From NCBI GenBank assembly GCA_040954595.2, contig CM082579.2:6189625-6253624 (forward strand): a stretch of DNA of 64,000 nt, read 5' to 3'. How positions within the stretch are numbered: the first letter of the stretch is position 1; each line of letters starts with the position of its first letter. Below, one piece after another: positions 37,376 to 50,155 of the stretch. Source of the DNA: Balanoglossus misakiensis. Lineage: Eukaryota > Animalia > Hemichordata. Position numbers and translations under genes: made by a program. The notes under the pieces were generated by a model. The model was not told the origin of the DNA and searched no databases. It was given only the letters and a program-made list of their open reading frames with translations.

Positions 37376-40300
37376 TTAATATCTTGGAACTTTTGAACGG
37401 TCACCTCTGCAATGGAAAGAAAAAAAAATTGGTCTGCTATCAAATGAAAAAATAAACACAAAACATACGGAGAACTAAACAAACAACTTTCACATAATGG
37501 TAAACGGTACATTTATCACGAATACGCTTGCAATATTGATATAATTTTTTTGGAAGGCTAACCAGTTCTCACTGCCTTAAGTAGGTTTTCGCTACCTGGG
37601 TGAGTGATAAAAATCTCAGGTGTTGAGCAACAGATGGCTGCCTTTACTAAGAATATTTTTTTAAATGAATCACAAAGTTCTGCTTCTGTGCAACATACCT
37701 TCCTCCGTCGTCTGACTTTCTCTTCGCGATAATCTGTGAAGTCAAACAAAACAACGGGTCATGATACCGAACTTGCATTTCTCACAGAATTTCACTATAA
37801 TTGGCAGACACAGCATTCATATGGTACACACACCCATTTTCATTCAGGTACACAACTGAGAAGACAGTCTATTGCTGTATATGACATTGAAATGACATGT
37901 ATTAATTTCTGAATTACAGGTAAGTTTTGTTGTTGGTGTATTCACCCACATATAATCAACAGACAGGTGAAATAAGAAGATTCATAATAAAAAGAAAGTT
38001 TTAGTACATGTACAAAAATGAGCATTTTTGTATATCAATTTTTAAGGACATTCACCATTTGATAAAATCCCCGATATTTGTCGTACCTTGCTAATCTTTT
38101 GCCATTCTCTGTCCAATTCCGCCTTTTCGTTCTTCTCGCCGCCCGCTCTCCTCGTTTTACGCCCTTCCGACATTTTGACACCAAACTGGAAGGCAGCTCT
38201 GTAATCAAATAATAGCACAGAAAGTGTACAACGCATGACTTGGCCTGTCTGCAACCTCAGGAGTGAATCATCAGTGGTGAAATCACCCTACTGAAAATCG
38301 AGACGTTATGGCTATAACTGGCTGAGCATAGTGTGATGTGTATGTGTGGTGACATGCTTAAACAGCAACAACTTACTTTGGCAGTGCCTCTTTGTTATTC
38401 ATGTAATGACTGTATTCCTCCTGGGTATCAAAATCCCATCTTCCAACCGGTCCCTTTTTGTTACCCTGTCAACAAATATTGGCATTTGAAGTTAATAGCC
38501 ATTTAGGAAAAACTAGAGCACTCCACCTTTGATGTTCATGAACTCTTGACGACGAACCACATGTATGTGACTTTTTTCATCATTGCCTAAATGTTACCGA
38601 TGCATCTTACGAGTCGTGTTTCAAAACTCACCAAATCCATTTTGCTGTAATCTGGCTCATCGTCACTGTCATAGGTGGCATCCTCTGTTTCTATGGCTCT
38701 GGAGACGAATTAAAATCGGGGGAACAATAAAGAATAAATCATGTCATTCCGTCAGTAACAGTGTTCTCACAGCACATGGATCTTGCCTCATTTTTTATCA
38801 AATCAATAGTCAACCATTCACAGGTAAATCGATACTAAATCATTTTACACAGTGAGACTCAAAACGTTCATACATGTGGACTGAACTACCAGTAACTTTG
38901 TCACAATAACCAAAATCTTTGAGTCATGCTTAATCTGGTTTGACAGATATTGGCTTACCCTGGGTAGCATTCTGCGTAACTGTCTGGAACATAATTCACA
39001 TCTTTCTCTTGCCTTCCTCGGCCAGATTTGCTCTTGTATTCGTCGCGTTTGAACTTCGAGTGCGAGCCATGTCTGCAATGCAACAAAGGCATTATGAGTA
39101 CAGATAAAGACACAGGTGCGTTTTCCCCTATATTACCACAAAAAAGCTTGCTTTACTCCTGAATGATGTGTTCTTCACTCACCCTTTCTGTCGGTCTTCC
39201 CGGCCGTATTCCTTGGAATGGGATTTGCTCTCTGAACCCGCAGTGCAAGAGACTGTTAAGGAATGTCACGTAGCCTATGTTTCTCTGTAAGTTTGGCGGT
39301 TACAATCACTCTGATGTTCAAAAGAAAGTATGATCCCCCCCCCCCCACCCCACCCCCTGTGGTAACCTAAAAACGTATTGGATTTGTCAATTTCAAATTT
39401 ACATGACAGCATAATTCCCCTGCCACGTTGTGTTAAAAAAGAAAGGATATCCCATATCTGGTGCACCCCATCCAGAAGACGTCCCTGCTTCTGGGTCTTT
39501 AACTTGCTGCAAAATAACAAGAAAAAAAATAATAATGTCAACATGGTAATTTGTATTCCATGCAACTACCTTTGTGTGTTTTGGTGTCCGTGTACCACCT
39601 TCTGACAACCATCGCTTGAGCAGCTTAGTTGCTGAAATAAACACCACGACTTTTGAGTGTGGGTAGCTTAGACGGGCTAAGAAACTATTTTTGTCAAATT
39701 TTACTCATGACTTGAAAGGGACAGGGATACTACACTACAAGTTGAACAAACTTCAAAGACAGGGAATTCAAAATGACTTTTCTTTTGCTACAGCCTTTTT
39801 CATTTCTGCTCTGAAAATGTCGATCTTCACTGACCTTTCCAAACCTTTCATGAATATCCTTGGCGTAATCCTTGCTTGATTTCGGCTTGCTGTGAGTGTC
39901 TTCGTGCTGTGGGGGGTCAAACAAGGTATGCAAGTTACAGTAGTTGTATCGACAGAGAATGTGGCATTGACATCAATGTGTTGTCCAATTTGATTTTGCA
40001 AAGTAAGCAAATCTGAGGATAACGATGATTCAATGAAATGCTGTGCTGGGTAAATTTATTTGAAATTTTGTCCATGAATCAAGGCTCCTCACCTCCTCAT
40101 CTTTAGGTTTTTCAAAATAGTTCCTTATCTTCTTCCTGTCTCTGTCTCTATCTCTGTCTCTGGATGACGGCTTCACTGGGGGTGCGTAGTCCCCGATTTC
40201 ACCGTAAATACTGAAAGAAAAGGGACAGGACTTTAGGGTACAATGCAGTCTTTAGTTTCAAGAAGAAAAAAACACATTTTCAGGGGAGATATAGATATGT

Positions 40301-43300
40301 ACATGTATATAAGTTAGAGTTTCAACACTGCCTACCTGTCATCAGCACCCTGCAACTTCTCTCTCTTATCTTCTTTTTCTTTACCTGAATTAAAAAACAA
40401 CAAAAGTATGACACTCACAGACTTCTTCATATGCTGATTTTGTGAGGCGATGTACCCAAACCATTGAGAAACACATCACCATTGCATGTATTTTACTAAT
40501 GTTTTCAAAAACTTGCTGTCAGTGTTGCAGTGGAACTCTCTCAGCATGATGGACTAATGAGAACATCACGGACTCACCCCTGTCTTTCTTCTTCAGTTTC
40601 TTGCTGGCCCTTGCACCTTGTCTCAGGTAGGACAGAATCTGTGTCAGTTTGTTGATGACGATGTCATTGGTTGTCAGTGTTGTGTGGGTCTGTGAAGAGA
40701 AGAAAGATCATCACTAGTGAGTTCAAGACATTTTTTTCTCCTGTAGATGTTGCCAGTATTGGTACCTTTTTTTTCAATTCCCTTCCGTTGCATGAAGTGT
40801 GAGTGCTAGTGTGTGGACTTGACTGCACATGTGAAAAGAATGCATCCTTTTCACATTACAGTACTGACTGGGCTCGAACACAAACACATCACACCACACT
40901 GTCCAGCCAATGAACTATACACAAAACCAGTATCCAAATCACCCAGAACATCTCTAACCTGACAACCCAATTGCAACATTGTGATACTCTACCTCTAGAT
41001 TGGGCAAATCGGCCTTGCTCCTGATCATGGTTGTAGGGATGTCACTTTCTATGTACTCGTCTTCAAGGTCGATGACGTAGGCCATGCGCCCTGGCAGGAA
41101 CAACTCGTTGCGCTCGTGCTGTTTGGTTCTGAACACAGACCTGTATATGCTTCTTCCTGTATACAACATGAGAGTGCAGAGTGGTTACACAATGAAAGGG
41201 GAAGTTCAGTCTGGTTGAATTTTATATTTATGTGCTAGCAAGGAAAATGGGGATTGATTTTGCATTGAATGAGTCATAATATGGCCATGTATATTTTGGC
41301 TTATTTTTCACACTCCAGCATACTTGGCCCCAAACTGTCACTTACCTAATCTAGTTCGGAACTGTAGATTTTCTTCTTCTTCTTTCTCTCTGTGAGCAAG
41401 CACATAAAACTATATTGTAAGTAACGTCATCAAATTATCTGCAGCTCATGATCTTTTTGAACATCAAGAGAGATGTTGTGTGAGATGCACAGAGGTATCT
41501 TCTCTTCCATTTTCAAATCCATTCAGACAACACGGCACACAGTCCCACATACAGGTGTACTTACACATCTTTCTTTTGTTTGAAAACAGTTTCGAGTTCC
41601 TCCTCCTCTTTCTCCTTTGTGGTGATTTCGGCTCGGACCTACAAGTACAATATTACCAACATGAGAAAAATACAGAAGTGAAAGTACAGAGGTAATGCTC
41701 AGTGTAAGAGTCAGCCATTGAGTTGACCTGCACTGTCAAGTAATGCATAATCAAGCTGTCCCTAGTAGGGCAGAGGCAGGCTTGGCTGGACCCAGATCAC
41801 ATTGAGTCTGATATCCAGCTTGTCAGGAACACTCTGTATCAAGAAACTAGCACAGTACAAATTGCTGATCTTTTATATACACAACAAGGGGATATGGATG
41901 GTGTTACCTTTTGCAAGAGGGCATAATCGAGGCCTTTCACTAAATGAGTATGCTCCATGTCACCACCAAGGTATTTGGATTCTTCAATCACTTGTCTACG
42001 TCTATGAGCAGCCGTGTCTCCTCTGAATTAAAAAAAAATACACAGAAAAAGAACAGTTAGCACAAAAAATACAACCACTTTGATCCATTTCACTATACAA
42101 CACACTCTGAAATTGGTGGCAGGTCTTTAACTTTTAAAGCCAAAAAAATAAGTACTGGGTAATACCACACATCCTTTATACAAGTCTTATCTTAGAAATT
42201 GACAGGAATGATGTTGACAGGACAGGCAACTGTTTCTGTGTGAGCGATGAACTTACGAGACAGCATCTGGGGCAACAGCTCTGTAGTTGGCAGTGGTACT
42301 GATCATATCTGTCTCTTCGTAATCTTTATTTACTCCATCACGTCGCTCTCTAGCCTGTTCCAAATTAAGAAAAGCAAAATCCATCAAGACATGGTTAGGT
42401 ATTACGCTGTAGCAGATGAAAGTCCAGAATGACTGGCATCATTAATGAGTTTTGCAATCAGATAATGAAGATACAAATAGAAGGCACTCAAGCTTGTACC
42501 AGTACCTACCCGATCTCTGTATTTCTTGGCCAATTCGGCCTCTCTTTCCATTTCTTCCTTCTTTATCTTTGCGTAGTAACTAAAAGAACAAAGCAACACA
42601 ACAGGTCATATTTTAGACATACTCACTGACTACTTTGTCACAGTGGGGGAGGGGGCACCCATTCCATCACAAACAGGGGTCAGGTTAATTTTGATAAATG
42701 TGTATTAAAGCATGTGTAACTAAAATTGGAATTCTCATTAGAATATAACGAACAGGAGCACCTGCCTGTAAGATGTGTGCGCTGTTCAAAAATCTTACCT
42801 TTTCTTTTTTCTCCTCATGGCAGCTTTGTCATCACTGTCCTCATATTCCTGGGGCATTCTGCAAAAAAATAAAAAATGAAGGAGTGAGATTCTTCAAACA
42901 ATCAAAAGTGCCATTGTAGGATATACAACTAAGCTACTCCCAGGCCAGATATGATCAGCCTTCATTATATCATTCAGTGAAATGTTGCTCAGCAGTGTTT
43001 CTTGCACACTTCTAAAAGATGTCCACAGTACATGAAGTATTCCTTTGTATCACCATCAGTTAGATAAAAATGCCCTATTCGTACTCACGGTTGCATATTC
43101 CTGGCCATTGAGGGCGGGGCTTCTGAAGGTGCCGACCTTGGTGTCATCAGGAGCTTACGGAAGTCTTCATTTGTCATTGTTTGGGATTGCCTGCAAACAA
43201 GATAATCATACACGAACATACTTTATGTAACAGTTATGATTGTATTTTTCTATCATTTCTCCCGGTACTCTTTTCTCCCGGGGGTAGGGTGGAGGAGACA

Positions 43301-44069
43301 TTGGCTCAGCTCTGAGCTCCAGCTAAGCTGCAGCTGGTGATACTCTATGAAATGCAGACAAACTATGAACTGCATGGAGACTTTGATTCAGAAAGCATCA
43401 TGTCACTTACGCCTGTTGGTTGGCATCGATCTCCTCATACGACATCCTCCTGTGATCAGCAGGAGGGAGAGGATTGGAAAACGGATCATCTCCTCCTGAA
43501 ATCAACAAAATCAAAAATCAATTTCAGATCTCTGTTCTGGAATTGTTCACTGTGCTGAAGTTTCAATGTTGCGCAGGCAAAAAAATGTGCAGTCAATGTG
43601 CACTATGGTCCTGATTATCAATGCCTGTAAGGTAGCTAGAAAAACCAGCCTGGCATATTCTTATGTGGAGTGACCGTGGTTGTGCGCTGCACTGTATGTA
43701 CAGATGGCTACGTAGTAAAAGCTGGAGGCTGGTGCATTGTGTTGGACGGCAAATACGGTGCTGCTATTACTGTGGTCCGTATCCCTAGCACTCATTGACT
43801 CAATCAGTTATGTATCCCCATCTCCAAACCGAGAGTGGTAGGGCTACGGACTCGCATCAACGCGATCGCTGCTGCCGATAACTCCGGAGGGCTTCCAAAG
43901 CAGTACGAGAGAGCCAAACATCCATGATGTCAACAACATACAACACTCGCATCGATCATTAATACATACACACCACTGACACCATTTTCTCGAGAATCTA
44001 TGCGTAGATAAACAATACGCATTTTGTAAATTGATACATAGGCTAGCAGACACACTTACTTTCAGGCAT
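37376..44069 (-). CDS. IK: Protein RED (IK), spliceosome-associated SMU1 partner; multi-exon
   Basis: Exons read MPE|RGDDPFSNPLPP, TNEDFRKLLMTPR, KKYRDRARERRDG, IEESKYLGGDMEHTHLVKGLDYALLQKV, ERNELFLPGRMAYVIDL..DIPTT.IRSKAD, TLTTNDIVINKLTQILSYLRQG, a short RDRDRDRD run, YAECYPG, DFDTQEEYS.YMNNKEALPK and AAFQFGVKMSEGRKTRR...ELDREWQKISK. The last exon ends KVPRY*. Confidence 0.95.
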
Positions 44070-44360
44070 CGTGAAGCTGCTACCCGGGAGTTAAACGAAC
44101 AGGATCTGTAAATTTTCTCGGGGATGCGTCAACAAGCTGATTTCCCCACACACCAACAATCAAAATGGCGTTTTCACTCTCGTATCTTTAACGTTGGTGG
44201 CGCTCAGTTCCGACGGGTCTAGGTCAAAGGTCACAAGTCGTGTGTAATTGATCAATTTTCGACGTTGAGAGCTAAATTTTGTCAATATGTTTGAACATAG
44301 CTGTGTATACCTCAACAATGTTAGTGGATGCCTGAGGAAGTGGCAAAACACCGGATAAGG
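44070..44360. promoter_or_regulatory. Bidirectional promoter of IK and the BTB gene, with a probable non-coding first exon of the BTB gene
   Basis: YY1-type motif caaaatggcg at 44161-44170 on +, a strong donor ag|gtaagt at about 44359, and an acceptor tttttcag three bases before the BTB ATG (44986). Confidence 0.5.
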
Positions 44361-44985
44361 TAAGTAGTTCTTGAATGTGTTTTATTCCCGTTGGTCTTCG
44401 GTGTTTTTTGGAAATAAAAACTTAATTCTGGACGAGCTCCGTTTTGTCAGCAAACAACCTTTCTGCCATAGGGAAGTCGTGCGTTAAGTAAGCCTCGAGT
44501 CAAGGTTGTCGTGGTACGCAGGAGGTGGGCTATTTGATATCCCGAGGGATATTCTGTGATTTAGTGTTAGAGTGGTCCAGATATAATTATTACAATATAA
44601 GCCCATTGAAGAATAAATAGGGCTTCGAGAGTTGTTTTAATTTATTTTAACGATAAAACGACACCTGTTTGACATTCAAATGCTAAACAAGTTTGGCAAA
44701 GGATTGTTGAAGATGACTTTGGTAAACAAATCGATGAAGACCAACGGGGATGAAATCGATTTACACGGTACCTATTTTGAGAACTTTCATCGATTTCCAA
44801 TAGACAACAATAAGACAGGATGAAAATAGTCGTATGAGCACTGAATAACTGTTAACAAGTACATCGTATTAATAGCCTCAGTCCATGCAACTACTCGCAC
44901 ACTAGACTCTAGATATTGTTATTTTATTCATTGAAAATCTTCTTAAAATTTGATAAAACGCCAACATTTTAAAACTTTTTCAGTT

Positions 44986-46309
44986 ATGACCCAAACTTCG
45001 GTCAGCACTCCCACGCAGTATCGCGGCGAACTTCCCGGAGAATCGCTCCAACTGCCTGGTGGCGCTCTTCCGGACCGAGCGCAGACCTGGATCCGTCTGA
45101 ACGTCGGCGGCACCATGGTGGAGACATCGCGCGGCACCATCGACAAGTTAGGCAGCGAATTTCTGGCGCTTCTGTTGGACAGGGAAAACGGCAACGACTG
45201 GCCGAAGGACGACGTGCACAGGATCGACCGCGACCCCGAGCCGCTGAAAGTTTTGCTGAACTACGGGCGCTTGGGAAAGATCCCTTACGTACCCGAGGGC
45301 ATGACGGAGGAGTACGTCTACGAAGAGATAAAGTTTTACAAGATGTCGGGGAAGGTGAAAGCGGCCGTGGCCGACTTCTTCACCGAGAAGCGCAAAGGCC
45401 CGAGCACGGTGAAGGTCAAACGGGTCTCGATCACCGAGATGGCCGTGAACAAGAGTTTCAAACATCACAACGTGTACGCGGTGGTGCAAGGTGCCAGTAT
45501 CTGCTGTTTCACCGTTGTCCCCGGCAGCGGCACGTGCTACCGAGATGTCAATGCTTTGTTCATGTACGAAAAGCCCAGCTTGAAAGGTAAGTGTCGAACT
45601 TACTAGAGCATAACACTCCTCTGTTCAGGGTATGTCTATAGGGGCACACCGTATGTTCACCACAGAGAGTTGTCTGTCTATGATTTCAATATTAAAAACA
45701 ACAGCTAACATTTCAACTTCGGACTTTTTTCCTTTTTTTTCAGTTCCTGCTCTTTTTCGAGTTGCGTGTGTGGTGTGCGGCAGAAAGGTCTGCTTGGCGG
45801 AGGACGAACTGATCGGCACCGAAGGCTGGTGCCACAAATGCCGGCGTTGTCTTCACTGCCAGGACATTCTCTGCGAAGATCTGGTCACCACCACCCACGA
45901 GAGCGTGGAGGAGTTCGGCGTCCAGAGACCAGGGGTGGTGATCAGCAAGACCGCGACCGTGACCTTCACCAACGACGCCTTGGAGGAGGTCAGAAACGTC
46001 GCGCCAGCCGATGGCGATAACCTCCGACCGGGCGAGGCGGTTCCCCTGGGGAGCCTGTCACCGCTCCTCTCCGGAGCCCTCGATGAGAAGCCGGGCTGGC
46101 GAAAGATCGAAACACTGCCGAAGATTACACACGGGGTTGCGGCGGACAGGTCTCCGAGGACGGCGAAAAACGGACAAAACGTTTCGACTTTACCGAAAAA
46201 GGCAGCGCTGAGCTTAAATAATGATGCGTCGTATGATTTCACCTTGTCTAGTAACTCAAGAAGGATACCGGTGCCACTGTCGTCGAATTTATTCAAATCT
46301 TTGCCGTGA
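44986..46309 (+). CDS. KCTD-type BTB/POZ (T1) domain protein with a Cys/His-rich middle region; 2 coding exons, about 388 aa
   Basis: Exons 44986-45586 and 45744-46309 join in phase 1. The N-terminal WIRLNVGGTMVETSRGT...IDRDPEPLKVLLNYGRLGK is the KCTD BTB signature. AATAAA at 46517-46522. Confidence 0.85.
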
Positions 46310-46738
46310 TAAATCATTTGGGCCCGTCACCTCTAGGAAAAGACACTTGTTTCTAGAGAAATGGTTGGCGTAATGGGTTAGATAAAACAAGGACGAGGGG
46401 TAATAATACGTTATTGTTCTCAGCAATACGTCACAATACAAGCTTGAGTATTGTGTGGTGAAATATGTAGATTCCCACTGGTCAGAGGGGATCGATGATG
46501 TCTGGGTCATTCTTTTAATAAAAAGACATACGAGAACAGCAATATGTAAGTTTAAATCGGTTTATTTAAAACAGGAAAAGAAACGCAGCCCATACATATC
46601 ACAGCTCACTGCTCTTGTAAATAACTTTTCACACTGTTTTTCATGAAGCTCTCATTGAAACAACGGGATATGTGTACATTATAAGGTACTCGCGAAAATG
46701 ATCTGATCAACTTCGAAATAAATCCGAGTCCGTTCGTT

Positions 46739-49700
46739 TTACATATCGCTGATGTCGATCTTTGGTCTCAGGATGGATATACTGCACTCGTATTTGGACT
46801 CCCTGCTGATCTTCTCCATCTCCATCTTGGTCTGTTCGGCGATCTCTTCCTGCGTCCAGGGACGGTACACCTTGGGCCACATGTCTGGCGTGAACAGCTG
46901 CTCGTAGAAGCCGTCTTTACCGATGCCGGTCTGTGAGGAACAAGTCAGCCAATATTAATACGTGGTATTTCTTCAAATTTCGGCTTTATTGTCCCGAAGA
47001 AAAAACAAACAATTCCCCAAGCGGTTCCAGTGAAATTGGGCATTATGAGCTAAATCACACTACATTCGCTGGTACGACTCGACTTCTGTAGTACGGGTCC
47101 ACAGCTAAAAAAATCGCTATTCAATACTTACATGTCGGTGGAACAGATTCTTGACTTTGTTGACGTATCTCTCTGGGTTGGTGTCTCCATCGAAGTTCCT
47201 AGTGTCCGCACGCACCACCAGAGAACCGCCAATGTAAAGTTCTTCCACCATCTCGCCGCTCTTGTAGACTCGGAACACGGCCTGTGGAAACGGTGAGCAT
47301 TTGCTGTTGCTGACGTTGGCATCACCGGGCGTGAAGAACTCTGTGGCACTCATTTTTTGATACCTAGAAAAAAATACCAAAAGCTTAGCTGACTTCGCCC
47401 AGAATAACATTGACGACCGAAAATTACAGTTTCAACTTTTTTTTTCAAAATTAAGGCGAACTGCGTCATACATCTTCAATATATTGTACCCAGTGTTTGA
47501 CACTCAGTATATCATCTTATAGTATTTAGCGGTTATTGTTGACTTACTTGCTGATTGTATCCTCAATTGATACAACGATGGCCAGTTTTGCGTCAGTGAA
47601 CCAGTCCTGTTTCTTCACCCAGGCTTGGGGAAGTTCCCGGAGGTAATCGATCCGTCCAGCTGTGGGCGCGTCCGTCCTGGCATCCTCATCGGGCTGGACC
47701 AGCATGACGTCACAGAGGAATCCCTGGCCCATTTGATACAGAGATGAGACAACGCTGACGTGTTCTGTAAAAGATTTCAAAGAACACGTTATGATGAATG
47801 TTAATGAGTGTGAAGATTTGAAATGGAAGCGCTAACGAGTAACAGTTGATTTTCTGTCGATTGAAAAATCTGATCACTATACTTACTGATGACCCAGTCG
47901 CAAATTTCGTCTTGCTTGATAGGGCTGAAGACTTGTCTCTTCAACTCGATGCCATTGTAGGTACTGCGCAGCATGTTGGTGAGAGTGCGCACGTTGTAGC
48001 GGAAGCCGTGAATGAACCCTGAAGCCACCCTTCTGTCACGTGCCTGCATGGCTGTACCGATCACATACATGTCGGGAACGGTGGACTGCCAATGTTCATC
48101 CAGGATCGGGTACTTGCCTTCTGTGTGCGTCTCTGGAAAGTAATAAGTTTCGAATGTAGTCAAAATTATGTGTTTGAAATGCTTCTATGAAGTACAGATG
48201 GGTCCCAGGTGTATGTCATTCCTTCTCTAGTGGCTATGATTATTGGTTTCTTACCTGGTTTGCACGTCTCATCAAACATTCCAACGTTGATGAACTTCCA
48301 CCCCGTGCAGGAGATGATCTTGTCATACCCGCTGGTGACGAAGCGACCGGTGCCTGGTGGATCCCAGTTTGGCAGGTGCATGTCGTACTCGATGCTGAAT
48401 TTGCCGTCTTCCGTCTTCCACACTCTGGTGGCCTCGCATTTACGCAAGGCGTGGAGAGACTTCAGATGGTACATGTCGAGGACGTTGTTGTTGACGGCTC
48501 TGAGATGACCCACGAAGTGAGTGTCCCAAGCGAATTTGACCGGGTGCCTGTTGAACATGTGAATCAGACCCGCAGACCCAGCGAGATGATCGGCGACCTG
48601 GGGAAAATGAATAAGAAAATAATGAGCCGTGCGTCAATGCCTTTTTCATAGCTTTTTGCTTCACTTGTCGTTCCGCTGACCAGCAATAAAAACAAAAGTT
48701 CACAATAATGTGTACCGTTGGTGGCGTTCAATGCACATGACCGTTCACTCACCTCGAAGGCACTGTTTCCACCTCCAAGAATGCACACTTTCTTGTTCTT
48801 GTACTCTTCCAAATCCAGCGAGTGGTCTTGGTAGGAGTCGATGAGTTCAATACCAGGAATTTGTGGGTGATGCGGCAGGATCGGCCCGGTGCCAATCATC
48901 AAAACTCGACACGTGAACTTGTTGCCCTTGTCGTCGGTCAGGGTGAACCTCGATCTGGATTTGTGGCCGTCGCTCTTCTCGTCACGGTGCACGTTGGTGA
49001 TGTTAGCGTTGTAACGGATGTTGGTTTTGTATTTCTTGCAGAAATCCTCAAAATACCTAATCAGGGTAAATGAAATACATGTAATACAGATAATGGTGTG
49101 ACAGGTTATTATTAAGACGTTCAAAATTTTGCAATGCGTCACTATATCGACATATAAAAGTTCGGCATGCTCGTATTTTATATTTGCTCCACACTAAGTC
49201 GACACACTCTTTTCATTAAACGTTCACATATTTTAGACTTGCGTCAATGACGTAGGGTATCAATCTAGACGAGGGTTTCTTTTAATTTTAGTCATAAAAT
49301 TCGCCCACACTTACTTGAGCAAGAGATCGGCATTAGGGAAGAGGTCGTCTGTATAGTCGGTGAAGAGCAACGGGTCCTCCTCCTCGCACAGCAAGGAGTT
49401 CCAATCGTGACGCATGTTGAACTCAGGTTCGGGGAACACGTTGTACTTCTTGTTGATGGAGATAAGGTTACGGTGGCGGGGATACTTTCGGGTGAAAGAG
49501 CCAGGTCCGTCGGCTCTCTCCACGACCAGATAGTCCATCTTGTATTTCTCCATGTAGTAGGCCATCTGGATCCCAGCAGGGCCAGCGCCAACGACAATGT
49601 ACTCATAGTCTGTGGATAGGACAAAATTGTATACATGATGTGCATTGTAATAACATTGATAAATTCTTGACTTCGCACCGAACGAAACAGTCAATATCTT

Positions 49701-50155
49701 TTCAGACCGCTGGGTGAACCTTGGATGAATAGGTGAATGCATAACACATTTGCAAAATTCGGAAAAAAAAAAACTTACCGGTCTTTTCGGTCATATTCGG
49801 TTGTTGTAGTTTTGGTAACAAAAAGTCCTGCGAAGTAAAATGGACAGACTTTGGTTAGTAAATCTGAAAAAAAAATATTGTTTGAATCTTCCGGACCTTC
49901 GAACAACCACACGGACGAACACGTTAGCGACGGGTACGGATCTGAAAATGTTCCCACAATTTTGGCCGCGAGACGCTCGTGGTAAGAGCCATTGCCATCG
50001 GTACGAGCAAAGTAAATCTGTTGAGAGACTGTTCCTAGGTGGGTGAATCTCTCAGATAACTCCTCTACGGTTTGAGACAAGGAAGCTTACAGGAAAATAC
50101 TTACCCAGACAGCCAAAAGGTATCGGTGACCAGCAGAGAACAGCTCTTGAAACAT
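46739..50155 (-). CDS. FOXRED2-like FAD/NAD(P)H-dependent oxidoreductase, copy 1
   Basis: Motifs [10 protein letters not shown] (FAD), [33 protein letters not shown] (NADPH), [25 protein letters not shown] and SGFIHGFRY. It starts either at 50155 (MFQELF...) or at the in-frame ATG at 49794 (MTEKTDYEY). Stop at 46739-46741, TATA-like element at about 50211-50222, minus-strand AATAAA at 46561-46566. Confidence 0.9.
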
